Notes: a model not told the origin generated them from the sequence alone. A stretch of 22,969 bases of DNA from Candidatus Rifleibacteriota bacterium (GCA_051747585.1 JBNJGH010000052.1:1-22969), one strand, 5' to 3'; numbered from the stretch's first letter, positions 12,150-21,014 are shown. Numbers and translations: made by a program.

Positions 12150-13595
12150 ATGACTGCAGAGATGTTTTATTATCCGCAAAATCTTACACCAAAGCCTTTA
12201 GACCCCAGATATACCAATCAAAAAATTTATGCCGATGTGCCGTTGAGATTTTTTAATAATCTCGATGACTTAAAAGATTACGTTCTCGAGTTAAAAGATA
12301 TCGGCGTAAATGTTCTGCTTATTCTGCCCCATTTCAAACCATCTTTATCGCCTTATGTAGTAAAAAGTTACGAGCAGCCCTGCGAGCTTTTCGGTGACTG
12401 GCAGACTTTTGCCGATTTCATGAAATTTGTAGAAAATCTGGGTATGGATCGCATGATCGATATTCCTTTTAATCACGCCGACTGGCAGGCTGACAATCTT
12501 AAGCGCGAATGGTTTAAAGATCATGAAAATGACGGCATAGAAGCCGGCGCCGACGATGTTGATGCTGACGGTAACCGGGTTCGCATAAACTGGGGCGCAT
12601 TTATTCTCGATAATTCCCTCGAAGAACTGCAGAACTACTGGCTCGAAAAAGTCATTTTCCCCCATATAGAAAAATATCATGTCAATTCAATCAGAATCGA
12701 TGCAGCCTGGGGGCTTGATCCGAACGGGCTTAAAAGAATAATTTCCGAAACCAAAAAACGTTACCCTCATGTCTGGTTTTTAGCAGAAAACCTTGGCATG
12801 GCTCCGCTGATCAAACTGGCTAAGTCCGGAATCGAAGCCGGCGCAGACAGATTCTTTAACAATATGTACTGGTACAGCGGCGGGCTCTATATTCCTGCAG
12901 ACATATACAAACTTTACAAGCGCTCTAACGCCATGCCCACCTGCTCTATTTTCAGCAGCCACGATACCCTGATGCCGGCAATGAAAGCCCTGGCTAAAAT
13001 CAGGTCAGAAGAGGTTAAAGGCCTTAACGACAAAGCAATCGTTCGCAAGTTTGTAGAATATGAGAACATTCGCCTCCTGCAGCATCTTGAATCTGAAAAG
13101 ATTACTGAGATTTTTAAAATTATGGAACTTGAATTTGCTCTTACAGCATTGATGTCAACGGATCTAATGTTTGCCGCCGGCTCAGAGAAAGGTCTGTTTG
13201 AAAGAATCGATGTGCTTGAATCTAACCCGGAAAACTTTGCAAAAGGGGTAGATTCAGATTTTCCGCTCTTTATGAAGCAGATTATTGAAATAAAAAAGAA
13301 TGCAAAAGTATTCAATTCTGAAGGGGTTATGATTCCATTCGGGCAATGGCAACCCGATAAATTTGGCTGCAAAGGTTTTGTAAAATCTCTCGATGACAAC
13401 AGCCACGCCCTGGTTTGCGTAAATAACAGCAAGTTTGATCGACTAGAGCTTAAAATCCCGCGGCGAATGCAGAATGCCGACTCTTATTGCTTCCACAGCC
13501 CCGGCAGCAGCTTCACCAGTAATAAGATCGAGCCGGTTATTCAACTTGATCCGCACAAACTTGTTATTCTAACCAGCGAAAGGAAACAACAATGA
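12150..13595 (+). CDS. GH13 alpha-amylase-family glycoside hydrolase/transglycosylase
   Basis: GH13 regions I-IV in order: DIPFNH, IRIDAAW, FLAENL, FSSHDT (catalytic D/E/D intact). No signal peptide. Confidence 0.75.
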   Translation: MTAEMFYYPQNLTPKPLDPRYTNQKIYADVPLRFFNNLDDLKDYVLELKDIGVNVLLILPHFKPSLSPYVVKSYEQPCELFGDWQTFADFMKFVENLGMDRMIDIPFNHADWQADNLKREWFKDHENDGIEAGADDVDADGNRVRINWGAFILDNSLEELQNYWLEKVIFPHIEKYHVNSIRIDAAWGLDPNGLKRIISETKKRYPHVWFLAENLGMAPLIKLAKSGIEAGADRFFNNMYWYSGGLYIPADIYKLYKRSNAMPTCSIFSSHDTLMPAMKALAKIRSEEVKGLNDKAIVRKFVEYENIRLLQHLESEKITEIFKIMELEFALTALMSTDLMFAAGSEKGLFERIDVLESNPENFAKGVDSDFPLFMKQIIEIKKNAKVFNSEGVMIPFGQWQPDKFGCKGFVKSLDDNSHALVCVNNSKFDRLELKIPRRMQNADSYCFHSPGSSFTSNKIEPVIQLDPHKLVILTSERKQQ

Positions 13596-13993
13596 TTTAT
13601 GAACATTCAGTAAAAACTTCATCCTCACAGGATTTTGTCGACGTAACCTCACTGGTGCGGCAATCTGTTCGGGAAGCCGGGGTAAAAAATGCCCATATTC
13701 TGGTTGCCACGCCCCACACAACCGCTGCCGTCACCGTAAACGAGAATGCCGACCCTGATGTAGTAACCGATTTGATAACCAGATTCAACAAGGTTTTTCC
13801 TGAACATGAAGCAACCGATCGACATGGCGAAGGCAACAGCCACGCTCACATGAAATCAAGCCTTTTTGGCGCCTGCCAGCCATTTATAGTTAACAATGGC
13901 GATCTGGTTCTCGGCACCTGGCAGGGTATATACCTGTGCGAATTCGACGGTCCCCGCACCCGCCGCCTCATAGTAAGCATAATCACCCGGTAA
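13592..13993 (+). CDS. yjbQ: YjbQ/UPF0047 family protein
   Basis: PHTTAAVTVNENADPDV, HGEGNSHAHMKSSL, LGTWQGIYLCEFDGPRTR. Confidence 0.95.
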   Translation: MIYEHSVKTSSSQDFVDVTSLVRQSVREAGVKNAHILVATPHTTAAVTVNENADPDVVTDLITRFNKVFPEHEATDRHGEGNSHAHMKSSLFGACQPFIVNNGDLVLGTWQGIYLCEFDGPRTRRLIVSIITR

Positions 13994-14028
13994 AAATTTG
14001 GTGTTTAAACGAAGCCGAAGAATTTTTT

Positions 14029-14101
14029 GAGATTGCTTCGCTTCGCTCGCAATGACAGTCACAAATTGTCATTGCGAGGAACGCAGCGACGAAGCAATCT
14101 C
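14029..14101. repeat. REP-like inverted doublet between convergent genes; possible bidirectional terminator
   Basis: GAGATTGCTTCG..CTCGCAATGACA pairs with TGTCATTGCGAG..CGAAGCAATCTC. Confidence 0.75.
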
Positions 14102-14110
14102 TCTAACTAA

Positions 14111-15460
14111 TCAATAATCGTAGATGCTGCCGCCGATGTATTCGCGAATCAGAACATCTTTCGGAATAACATCTTCATCTTCCCACATTTTAAAAGATTC
14201 AAGCAGATCATGCACTCTTTTTGCCCTGATATAGGCATCCTGACGCTTCGGATTCTCCCGGTAATCTTTTACAAAGTCGGGAAAGTGATGGAACAGATAC
14301 TTTTTGTAAATTGGCAACTCATAAGCGAGTGAACCGTCAATAATATGATCTACCGTTCCCAGAAACGGAATAATATGCTGAATTTCAGAGCGGCGCACAT
14401 AATGCCAATGTTCCAGCGTCTGACGCGGGTTATAGCTTCTATGCCATGAATCACGCACCATGCGCCGCAGCAATCTTACGTCTGTCCAGCGAATGAATTC
14501 GCCATCTTTATTCTTGATCTGACAAAGAGTTTCGATATACAACTTGAACTTCTTCTCTTCGCTCACGCTGTCTGTCATTGGTGCATAAAGCCCATGCAAA
14601 CTGTCGAGCAACAGAATCTGATTTTTCTCTAGCTTCATCGGGTCAGTTTCCTGCTCCCGCTTTCCGGTTTTGAAATTATAGCGGGGCATCTGAATAGTTT
14701 TTCCTTCGAGCAGATCAGAAAGATGCTGATTTATCAGTTTAAGGTCCAGGGCCTGGGGAGTTTCAAAATCATAATCACCGAATTCATCTTTTGGATGATG
14801 CTCGAGATTGAAATAATAATTATCAAGCTCCATCGAAACAAGCTCATAGCCTTGTTTTTTAAGATGTTCCCCGATTTTTATCGTGGTTGTAGTCTTGCCT
14901 GAACTCGATGGGCCGGCAATAATAACAATCCTGATCTCGTCTTTTCGGGCAATGATTTTTTCTACTGCAGAAGCGATATCTGCATCGTATTTGGCGGTAG
15001 CTTCTTTTACCAGCTCGGGATAAGTTCCATTTTCAATTCTGGCGTTAATTTTGTCAACACTGTAGCAATCATGATCAATTGCCCAGGTCAGAGTCTGCCA
15101 GATTTTTTTATAAGGAATATTCCCCGAGGATGCCACACTCTGCTTTTCTTTACCCTGTCTCAGTTTATTATGCACATAACGATAAAGAATAAACTCTTTT
15201 GCCGTTTTGGCATGGCCTGATTCAATCAATTCTTTTTCGATTATATCCTGAACTTCTTCAACACTCGGCAAAGAATCAGGGCTTCTGGTTACCTCAAGAT
15301 GATGCACCACCTTATCGGTAAGAATTTCCGCCATTCGGCGATCTTCGCCACCTACTGTAATAGCAGCTTTAAAAATGGCATTAACAATTTTTTCTTTATC
15401 GAACGGTACTACCTGTCCGTTTCTTTTTACTATTTTTTCAATTGGTCTGTTCGGGCTCAC
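14111..15460 (-). CDS. ATP-cone domain fused to a uridine kinase/PRK-like P-loop kinase
   Basis: N-terminal IVKRNGQVVPFDKEKIVNAIFKA..VEEVQDIIEKELI..AKEFILYR (ATP-cone). IAGPSSSGKTT, LDNYY, YDFETPQALD, RLLRRMVRD (udk-like). GTG 15460 has AAGGA 7 nt upstream and avoids overlap with the preceding gene. Confidence 0.88.
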   Translation of the reverse strand: MSPNRPIEKIVKRNGQVVPFDKEKIVNAIFKAAITVGGEDRRMAEILTDKVVHHLEVTRSPDSLPSVEEVQDIIEKELIESGHAKTAKEFILYRYVHNKLRQGKEKQSVASSGNIPYKKIWQTLTWAIDHDCYSVDKINARIENGTYPELVKEATAKYDADIASAVEKIIARKDEIRIVIIAGPSSSGKTTTTIKIGEHLKKQGYELVSMELDNYYFNLEHHPKDEFGDYDFETPQALDLKLINQHLSDLLEGKTIQMPRYNFKTGKREQETDPMKLEKNQILLLDSLHGLYAPMTDSVSEEKKFKLYIETLCQIKNKDGEFIRWTDVRLLRRMVRDSWHRSYNPRQTLEHWHYVRRSEIQHIIPFLGTVDHIIDGSLAYELPIYKKYLFHHFPDFVKDYRENPKRQDAYIRAKRVHDLLESFKMWEDEDVIPKDVLIREYIGGSIYDY

Positions 15461-15476
15461 AAACTTTTCCTTTCTA

Positions 15477-18131
15477 TCAATTAGTATCGTCAACAACTTT
15501 ATAGGTTACGGCCAGGTTGCCGAGAATGCCGGCAAGGTTAGACCATTGCTTCATTTTGTCAGGTCTTACCAGTCTGGCTTTTGGCGGAACAAGTATCATG
15601 TCGCCGCGCTTGATGTGTCTTACATGTCGCATCTGCATAACTTCGCCGTTTGCTCTTACAACCACTGTCTTTCGATGATTCGAATAGTGTGAAAAGCCGC
15701 CGGCTCTGTTGATATAAGAACGTGAGCTATTACCCGGTTTGAACAGCAGGGTAGTCGGGTTAACCACAGCGCCCAGAACGGTTACAGTATTCGGTATAAC
15801 CGGAATGGTTATCTGATCGCCATCAAGAAGAGCGATATCTTCGTAATCGTCAGCCTTTCCTTCTGCAATTTTTTTCAATGGCACCGGAATACGCAGCATT
15901 TTGTTTTTTAAACCTCTAGAGGTCATAACCATACCGCCAAAGTCAGATTCCTGAGCTTCTGAAGAATTTTCGACAATGCTGCCTGTCTGGTCAGGTAATT
16001 CCTGACTCAACATCTGGTCAGAAATACGTTTTCCGCCTTCTACTTCAGATCTAACCTGATTCAGCGATTGCAGCTTAGCACCTGATCTTAACAGGTCTGC
16101 CCGCAAATCGAGGGTTGCCTGACGAAACATTTCACTTTGCACTTCAGAAGCGGTCTCAAGCTGTTTGTTGTTGGCAACATGCTCAACTCTCCGCATAAAA
16201 ACAGCCCCCTCGGGAAAAGCCCTGCGGGTAAGTCCGCCGGCTCTTTCAATCACCGAGCTCAATGGTTCGCCACGATATTTCAAAGCATAGGGGCCCGGGC
16301 GTCTCACCTGGCCCTTTAAGACTACAACTTCAGCCTCAACCAGGCGATCGCCCTTAGACAAAACGCTTATCCGGTCAAGGGGCTTTAAAGCAACATTTTG
16401 ATCTGAATCAGGATTCTTGAATGCCTCCAGAGCGTTTACCCTGACAATATCGACTTCATTACCATCAATTCTTGCAATTTCCACCTCACCGGAAGAATCA
16501 ATCGAAAACCCTCTTGCTTTGAGAATCAGATCGGCAATTTTCATTCCATCGCGATAAATATATTCTCCGGCACGTCGCACTGCCCCATCAATATTTACAA
16601 ATTTTATATCTGCAACGACTTCTTCCTGAGTAAAAATTCTCACCCGGTCGAGTGGCTGCAAAAGCTTGTTTTCCTTCTTATCGCCTATAAGAGCGAATCT
16701 TGTATTGAAAGTTATAATTTCTTCAGAATCGGCTGCACCTGTTCTTATAATCTGGCCAAATCTTTTACTGGCTTCTTCTACCACAAGCCCACCGGCTCTC
16801 TTTATCAGATCAGCTACATAAAGATTATCTGTGACAGCATATTCTCCCGGTTTTTTTACCGCACCTTCTATGGTAACTGTGTTACCAACAGTTTCAATTG
16901 CTTTTTCAACTGTTATCTCATCGCCGCTTTTTACAATAAAGTTTTTTAATTCCTGTAAATTTCCGAGGCTGACATCAAAGGTTTTTCTTCTCTGATTACC
17001 TGTCCAACGCACAACCTTGACTCGTCCCGAGTAAGCTTTCGACAAAGCATTGCCGGCCATGGCAAGAACATCCGCCAGGCTGTCGCCCTTGAAAATTTCA
17101 TAGATAGCAGGGCGTAGAACCATTCCCTGCACCCGTACGGAGTTGTCGATCGCGGGCACAAAAACCGTATCGCCATTTTTCAGCGAAATATCATGGTTAC
17201 GATTACCGGTAAGAAAGTAGCGATAAAGATCGAGCTCTTTAGACTTGCCATTCGGTCTTAAAACCTTGATTCGGCGCATCGAACCTCGATCTGTCGGGCC
17301 GCCGGCCTGATAAAGCCCGGCAAATGCTGTTGTAAGTCCTGATACCGTTAATGCTCCCGGCTTCTGCACTTCGCCAACCACATAAATTTGAATAGTTCTA
17401 ACCTGAGTTAGAGTTACCTGGCCCTTGAAATGTTTGAATTTTCCAGCCAGGCTACCAAGAACAGCCTCTTCGAATTGACCTACGGTAAGACCTGAGACCC
17501 CCATCACCCCAAGAATCGGCACATAAACCTGGCCTTCGGGATTAACCTGAACCTCATAAACCGTTTCATCTCCGAATTCCGACCAGACAATAATCTTGAG
17601 TTCATCACCGGGACCCAGCTGATAATTTGAAGGTGCCGAGCCGGCCAGCAGGTTGTTCTGTACCAATTCGCCGCGATCAAAAAAGTCCGAACCAAAGTTC
17701 CTCAGGTCAGTTTCAGTTTGAAGGCGTTTTTCGACTTCAATTTCTATCTCTTCTTCACTTAATCCATCCATTTTTTTTCGTTTAAGTTCTTCATTGGCTG
17801 TTTTCTCGTAATAGTATTTATCTGAAGCAATTTCTGACTTCTTTTTTTTCTGCGAAAGCTTTTCTTGAATCACTTCACGGCGCGTTTTGTCCCTCAAAGA
17901 AGCTTCAAGTTCTTCCAGCCTTTTTAAAACGTAGGCGCGACTGTCTTTTTCTTCCTGCTTTGCCTCATCCTGAGACTGAAAACTGGAGCCCGATTTAAGC
18001 AAATGGCCGTTCGCAGTAACATATTTTCCCATCACCCGGTCTTTACCGGCATTTTGCTGCTGAGCATAACAATTGGTTGCGGCAAGCAACACCATAATTA
18101 ATAATAAAAGAAAGCCTGATTTTAATTTCAT
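15477..18131 (-). CDS. polysaccharide export protein with multiple SLBB domains (Wza/KpsD-like)
   Basis: Signal peptide, Poly_export motif NYQLGPGDELKIIVW..VNPEGQVYVPILG, repeated V.GEV..PG.Y / AGG SLBB units. Confidence 0.9.
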   Translation of the reverse strand: MKLKSGFLLLLIMVLLAATNCYAQQQNAGKDRVMGKYVTANGHLLKSGSSFQSQDEAKQEEKDSRAYVLKRLEELEASLRDKTRREVIQEKLSQKKKKSEIASDKYYYEKTANEELKRKKMDGLSEEEIEIEVEKRLQTETDLRNFGSDFFDRGELVQNNLLAGSAPSNYQLGPGDELKIIVWSEFGDETVYEVQVNPEGQVYVPILGVMGVSGLTVGQFEEAVLGSLAGKFKHFKGQVTLTQVRTIQIYVVGEVQKPGALTVSGLTTAFAGLYQAGGPTDRGSMRRIKVLRPNGKSKELDLYRYFLTGNRNHDISLKNGDTVFVPAIDNSVRVQGMVLRPAIYEIFKGDSLADVLAMAGNALSKAYSGRVKVVRWTGNQRRKTFDVSLGNLQELKNFIVKSGDEITVEKAIETVGNTVTIEGAVKKPGEYAVTDNLYVADLIKRAGGLVVEEASKRFGQIIRTGAADSEEIITFNTRFALIGDKKENKLLQPLDRVRIFTQEEVVADIKFVNIDGAVRRAGEYIYRDGMKIADLILKARGFSIDSSGEVEIARIDGNEVDIVRVNALEAFKNPDSDQNVALKPLDRISVLSKGDRLVEAEVVVLKGQVRRPGPYALKYRGEPLSSVIERAGGLTRRAFPEGAVFMRRVEHVANNKQLETASEVQSEMFRQATLDLRADLLRSGAKLQSLNQVRSEVEGGKRISDQMLSQELPDQTGSIVENSSEAQESDFGGMVMTSRGLKNKMLRIPVPLKKIAEGKADDYEDIALLDGDQITIPVIPNTVTVLGAVVNPTTLLFKPGNSSRSYINRAGGFSHYSNHRKTVVVRANGEVMQMRHVRHIKRGDMILVPPKARLVRPDKMKQWSNLAGILGNLAVTYKVVDDTN

Positions 18132-18306
18132 AAATTTTCACCTGAGATTTTTTTAGTCTATTCGGCTGTCGGCCCTGATTTTTTAACCCAACCAAGTTTA
18201 AATACAGCAAATAATCTTAGTACAGTATTCAACGCCAGTCAAAACCTTTTTTTCACCGACCCGTTAAAATTCTGGTCTTATTTCTTCAGGGCAAATAAAG
18301 AATTTA

Positions 18307-18518
18307 AACCACTGAGGCCTCAGAGGGCACAGAGGTGATTTTTTTAATCTTTTTCAGCCGGCTATTTGTCCTGTGGACAAATAGCCGGCGGTTTCACCGC
18401 CCGGTTTTTCCTTCTTCAGCAAGCCTTCAGAAAAGCACTCGTGTTTTTCTGAAGGCTTGCTGAAGAAGGAAACAATGGCTGAAAAAGATTCTCTGTGTTC
18501 TCTGTGCGCTCTGTGGTT
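18307..18518 (+). mobile_element. modular palindromic element copy 2
   Basis: Flanks AACCACTGAG-GC-CTCAGAG-GG-CACAGAG and CTCTGTG x3-GTT. Closing stem 18346-18359/18477-18490, TTGTCC/GGACAA hairpin, GC hairpin 18383-18406, palindrome 18407-18472 (32-2-32). Confidence 0.8.
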
Positions 18519-18649
18519 ATTTTCTTTATGGCTTTGAGACTTGGTGTGAGGAATTTCTTTTCTGAAACCAACTGTTTGCGGAACTAACTTCCGGTCAACC
18601 GGAACTTACTTTTGCAATTAAGAAGAATTGCTGATCGCATTCAGATTAT

Positions 18650-18679
18650 TTGCCCTTGGGGTAATTTCTATGGTATAAG
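18650..18679 (+). promoter_or_regulatory. putative sigma70-type promoter for the 18716 gene cluster
   Basis: TTGCCC-N18-TATAAG with extended -10 TG. RBS AGGAG follows before ATG 18716. Confidence 0.4.
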
Positions 18680-18715
18680 TTCTTTGAAATCTCAGTATTC
18701 AGCAGGAGAGAATCA

Positions 18716-19447
18716 ATGCACAATCTGCACATCAGCCGTAGAAAGGTCGCTCTTTCTGCAGTTTTTCTAATCTTAGCCCTTATCAGCACTGCTCAGGCCT
18801 CAGTAACCGAACTGGATGCAATAGGTAAAATAGAATCTATTTATCGCGATCGCGTAACCATGCGCATTATAAAAATTCTGGGAACAGACACTGCCGAACT
18901 GCCGGTTCAGAAAGGCAGCTGGATAAGCTTTGACCTGCCCTCTCTCAACGGCAAAAATAGAAACAGAAGAAATAACGTCAGTTATGGTTCTGTAGTCGAA
19001 GCCTCTCTGATAGGCAATGTCACCACCGAATACGAAAAAGACCTCGACAAATCCGAAGACAGCGCCAAACAGGCTCCGGTATTGCTCTGGACAGCTCAAT
19101 CAGTTAAAAAGGTTAAGCGACCGAATGAATATCTTTCTAAAAAAGATAAAGAAAAAGGCAGAAAAGGGAACAAGCAAGAAAGAGAAGAAGAAGAAACCAA
19201 AGTCTGGACCCAGGAAGAAACTGTGCGTGGAAAAATCAATTTCCGCGAAAAAGACAAAAAGCTCTATATTAAAGAAGAACGAATGGGAAGACGTGACAAA
19301 GGACTCGACGTAGTTGACGATCTCTGGTATAAAAAACTCAAAGATTTTCACGGACAAAAAGTTGTAGTTCACGGCACTACTAATCGCAGCTCTATTTCAT
19401 CCGGAACTATTGAAATCGAAAATCTGCTTAAAATTTATTCAAAATAA
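18716..19447 (+). CDS. secreted hypothetical protein
   Basis: RBS AGGAG, signal-peptide-like N-terminus (..STAQA), two beta-rich halves joined by a K/E-rich linker. No family recognised. Confidence 0.75.
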   Translation: MHNLHISRRKVALSAVFLILALISTAQASVTELDAIGKIESIYRDRVTMRIIKILGTDTAELPVQKGSWISFDLPSLNGKNRNRRNNVSYGSVVEASLIGNVTTEYEKDLDKSEDSAKQAPVLLWTAQSVKKVKRPNEYLSKKDKEKGRKGNKQEREEEETKVWTQEETVRGKINFREKDKKLYIKEERMGRRDKGLDVVDDLWYKKLKDFHGQKVVVHGTTNRSSISSGTIEIENLLKIYSK

Positions 19448-19471
19448 TATATCTCAAAAGGGGAATCTAAA

Positions 19472-20563
19472 ATGAACTGCAAAGTAGCCCTGCTGGCAAT
19501 ATTTTTATTTTCACTTGGTCTCACACTTGGCTGCGGAGGCGGCGAGGAAAATGCTACACCAAAAAATCTTGAAGTAGTTCATTTTACCAGATTACAGGGT
19601 CTCCCCAACGAAAATATCACCTGCATGGCATCATTTGCCGGTCAGGTCTGGGCCGGTTCCCAGAAAGGTCTTTTAACTTTCGACGGTGCCAACTGGAAGC
19701 ACCACGTCAGCAAGAACACTAACGTTCTTGGCTCGGATATAATCGAAGACCTGAAAGTCTGCGATAACGCCCTATGGATCGGAACCGACAACGGCGCCGC
19801 ACGTTATGACGGCAACAACTGGAGCTCGGTCTACACGGGCGGCAGAGCTCGCTCAGTCTGTGGCACCGGCAATAAAATGGCTGTCGCCACCGCCCACGGT
19901 GTAGAATATTCCTCTGGCAATGCATTTGCCCCTATGGGAAAAAAGAGCGCCGGTCTTGTCTATGATGAAGTAAATCAAGTTTTATTTGACTCGCAAGGCC
20001 AACTCTGGGTTGGCACCAGAGCCGGAATGGCCAGAATGAGTTCGGGTATTTTTCAAAATTATACCGGTCCGGCAAAATCAGTCATGGGTTCTTCACTGAT
20101 CGACATTCCCGCCAGCCCGGCAAACTGCCGACTGGTAGGAAACAATGTTAAAATTCTGATGGAATTCGGCGATCAAATAGCTGTAGGCACAACCAGCGGC
20201 CTGACTCTGACCGATTTCAGCAATTCCTATGTCAGTTATTTTTCCACCCATAAAGACTGGGCACAACGCGGCGGCAAAATTGTCGAGGAAACAATTACCG
20301 GTAACAGCCCCCTTCCCGGCAATGTTATCAATGCTCTGGCAACAACTCCAGACGCAGAGCTTTTGTTTGTCGGCACCGGCAATGGCCTGGCCATCTTAAA
20401 GGGCAATAACTGGCTCGACACAACAGACATAATAAAAGATCTGCCGCCAATTTCCATTACCGGCCTGGCCTATGTAGCGCCCGATCTGTGGGTCGGAACC
20501 CAGAATGGAATTTATCGCGTTAAAAATATAGAAACATTAATCACACCTGAAAATAAATCTTGA
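19472..20563 (+). CDS. lipoprotein with two-component-regulator-type beta-propeller repeats
   Basis: Lipobox LTLG-C. Repeated GLP.E.I / LWIGTDNG / LWVGTRAG / LWVGTQNG units. Confidence 0.8.
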   Translation: MNCKVALLAIFLFSLGLTLGCGGGEENATPKNLEVVHFTRLQGLPNENITCMASFAGQVWAGSQKGLLTFDGANWKHHVSKNTNVLGSDIIEDLKVCDNALWIGTDNGAARYDGNNWSSVYTGGRARSVCGTGNKMAVATAHGVEYSSGNAFAPMGKKSAGLVYDEVNQVLFDSQGQLWVGTRAGMARMSSGIFQNYTGPAKSVMGSSLIDIPASPANCRLVGNNVKILMEFGDQIAVGTTSGLTLTDFSNSYVSYFSTHKDWAQRGGKIVEETITGNSPLPGNVINALATTPDAELLFVGTGNGLAILKGNNWLDTTDIIKDLPPISITGLAYVAPDLWVGTQNGIYRVKNIETLITPENKS

Positions 20564-20567
20564 AATT

Positions 20568-21014
20568 ATGACCCAAAAATCTGTCTACAGATTACTGGCA
20601 GCGCTGGCCATCATAGTTCCAACCGCCACCTGCGCGCAGGAGCTGGCTGCCCCCGCCGCCGAACTCGCCACCTCAACGGCCATAACCGCCCATGAAGCAA
20701 TAGCCGAGATGCCGCCTGAATTCAAATTCGCTCTGGTAACCCTCGGGTCAGGCGGAATAGCCGGCTGGGCCGTAGGGTTTACCCTCAAAAAATTCGCCAA
20801 GTTAGCCGCTCTTATTGTCGGCATTGCCTTTATATCAATTCAATACCTGGCCTACTATCGCTACATAACCATCGACTGGGACCGCATCCAGGCTTCGGTG
20901 CCAAACGAAAGCATCGAAAGGTCCTGGGCCGGCATAATGTCGGTGCTTACCTACAACCTCCCCTTTGCCGGCGCATTTTTAGTAGGCTTCTGGCTAGGCT
21001 TCCGCAAAGGCTGA
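20568..21014 (+). CDS. FUN14 family membrane protein
   Basis: GGIAGWAVGFTLKK..Q.LAY..YITIDW..NLPFAGAFLVGFWLG. Confidence 0.85.
   Translation: MTQKSVYRLLAALAIIVPTATCAQELAAPAAELATSTAITAHEAIAEMPPEFKFALVTLGSGGIAGWAVGFTLKKFAKLAALIVGIAFISIQYLAYYRYITIDWDRIQASVPNESIERSWAGIMSVLTYNLPFAGAFLVGFWLGFRKG

Noticed and set aside
13856..14062. 68-aa minus-strand ORF starting MTVIASEAKQS
   Set aside because: It is a translation of the REP-like repeat and runs antisense to yjbQ.
18328..18334. CACAGAG resemblance to the RAG/Transib heptamer CACAGTG
   Set aside because: One 7-mer similarity, no nonamer or 12/23 spacing, and no transposase present.
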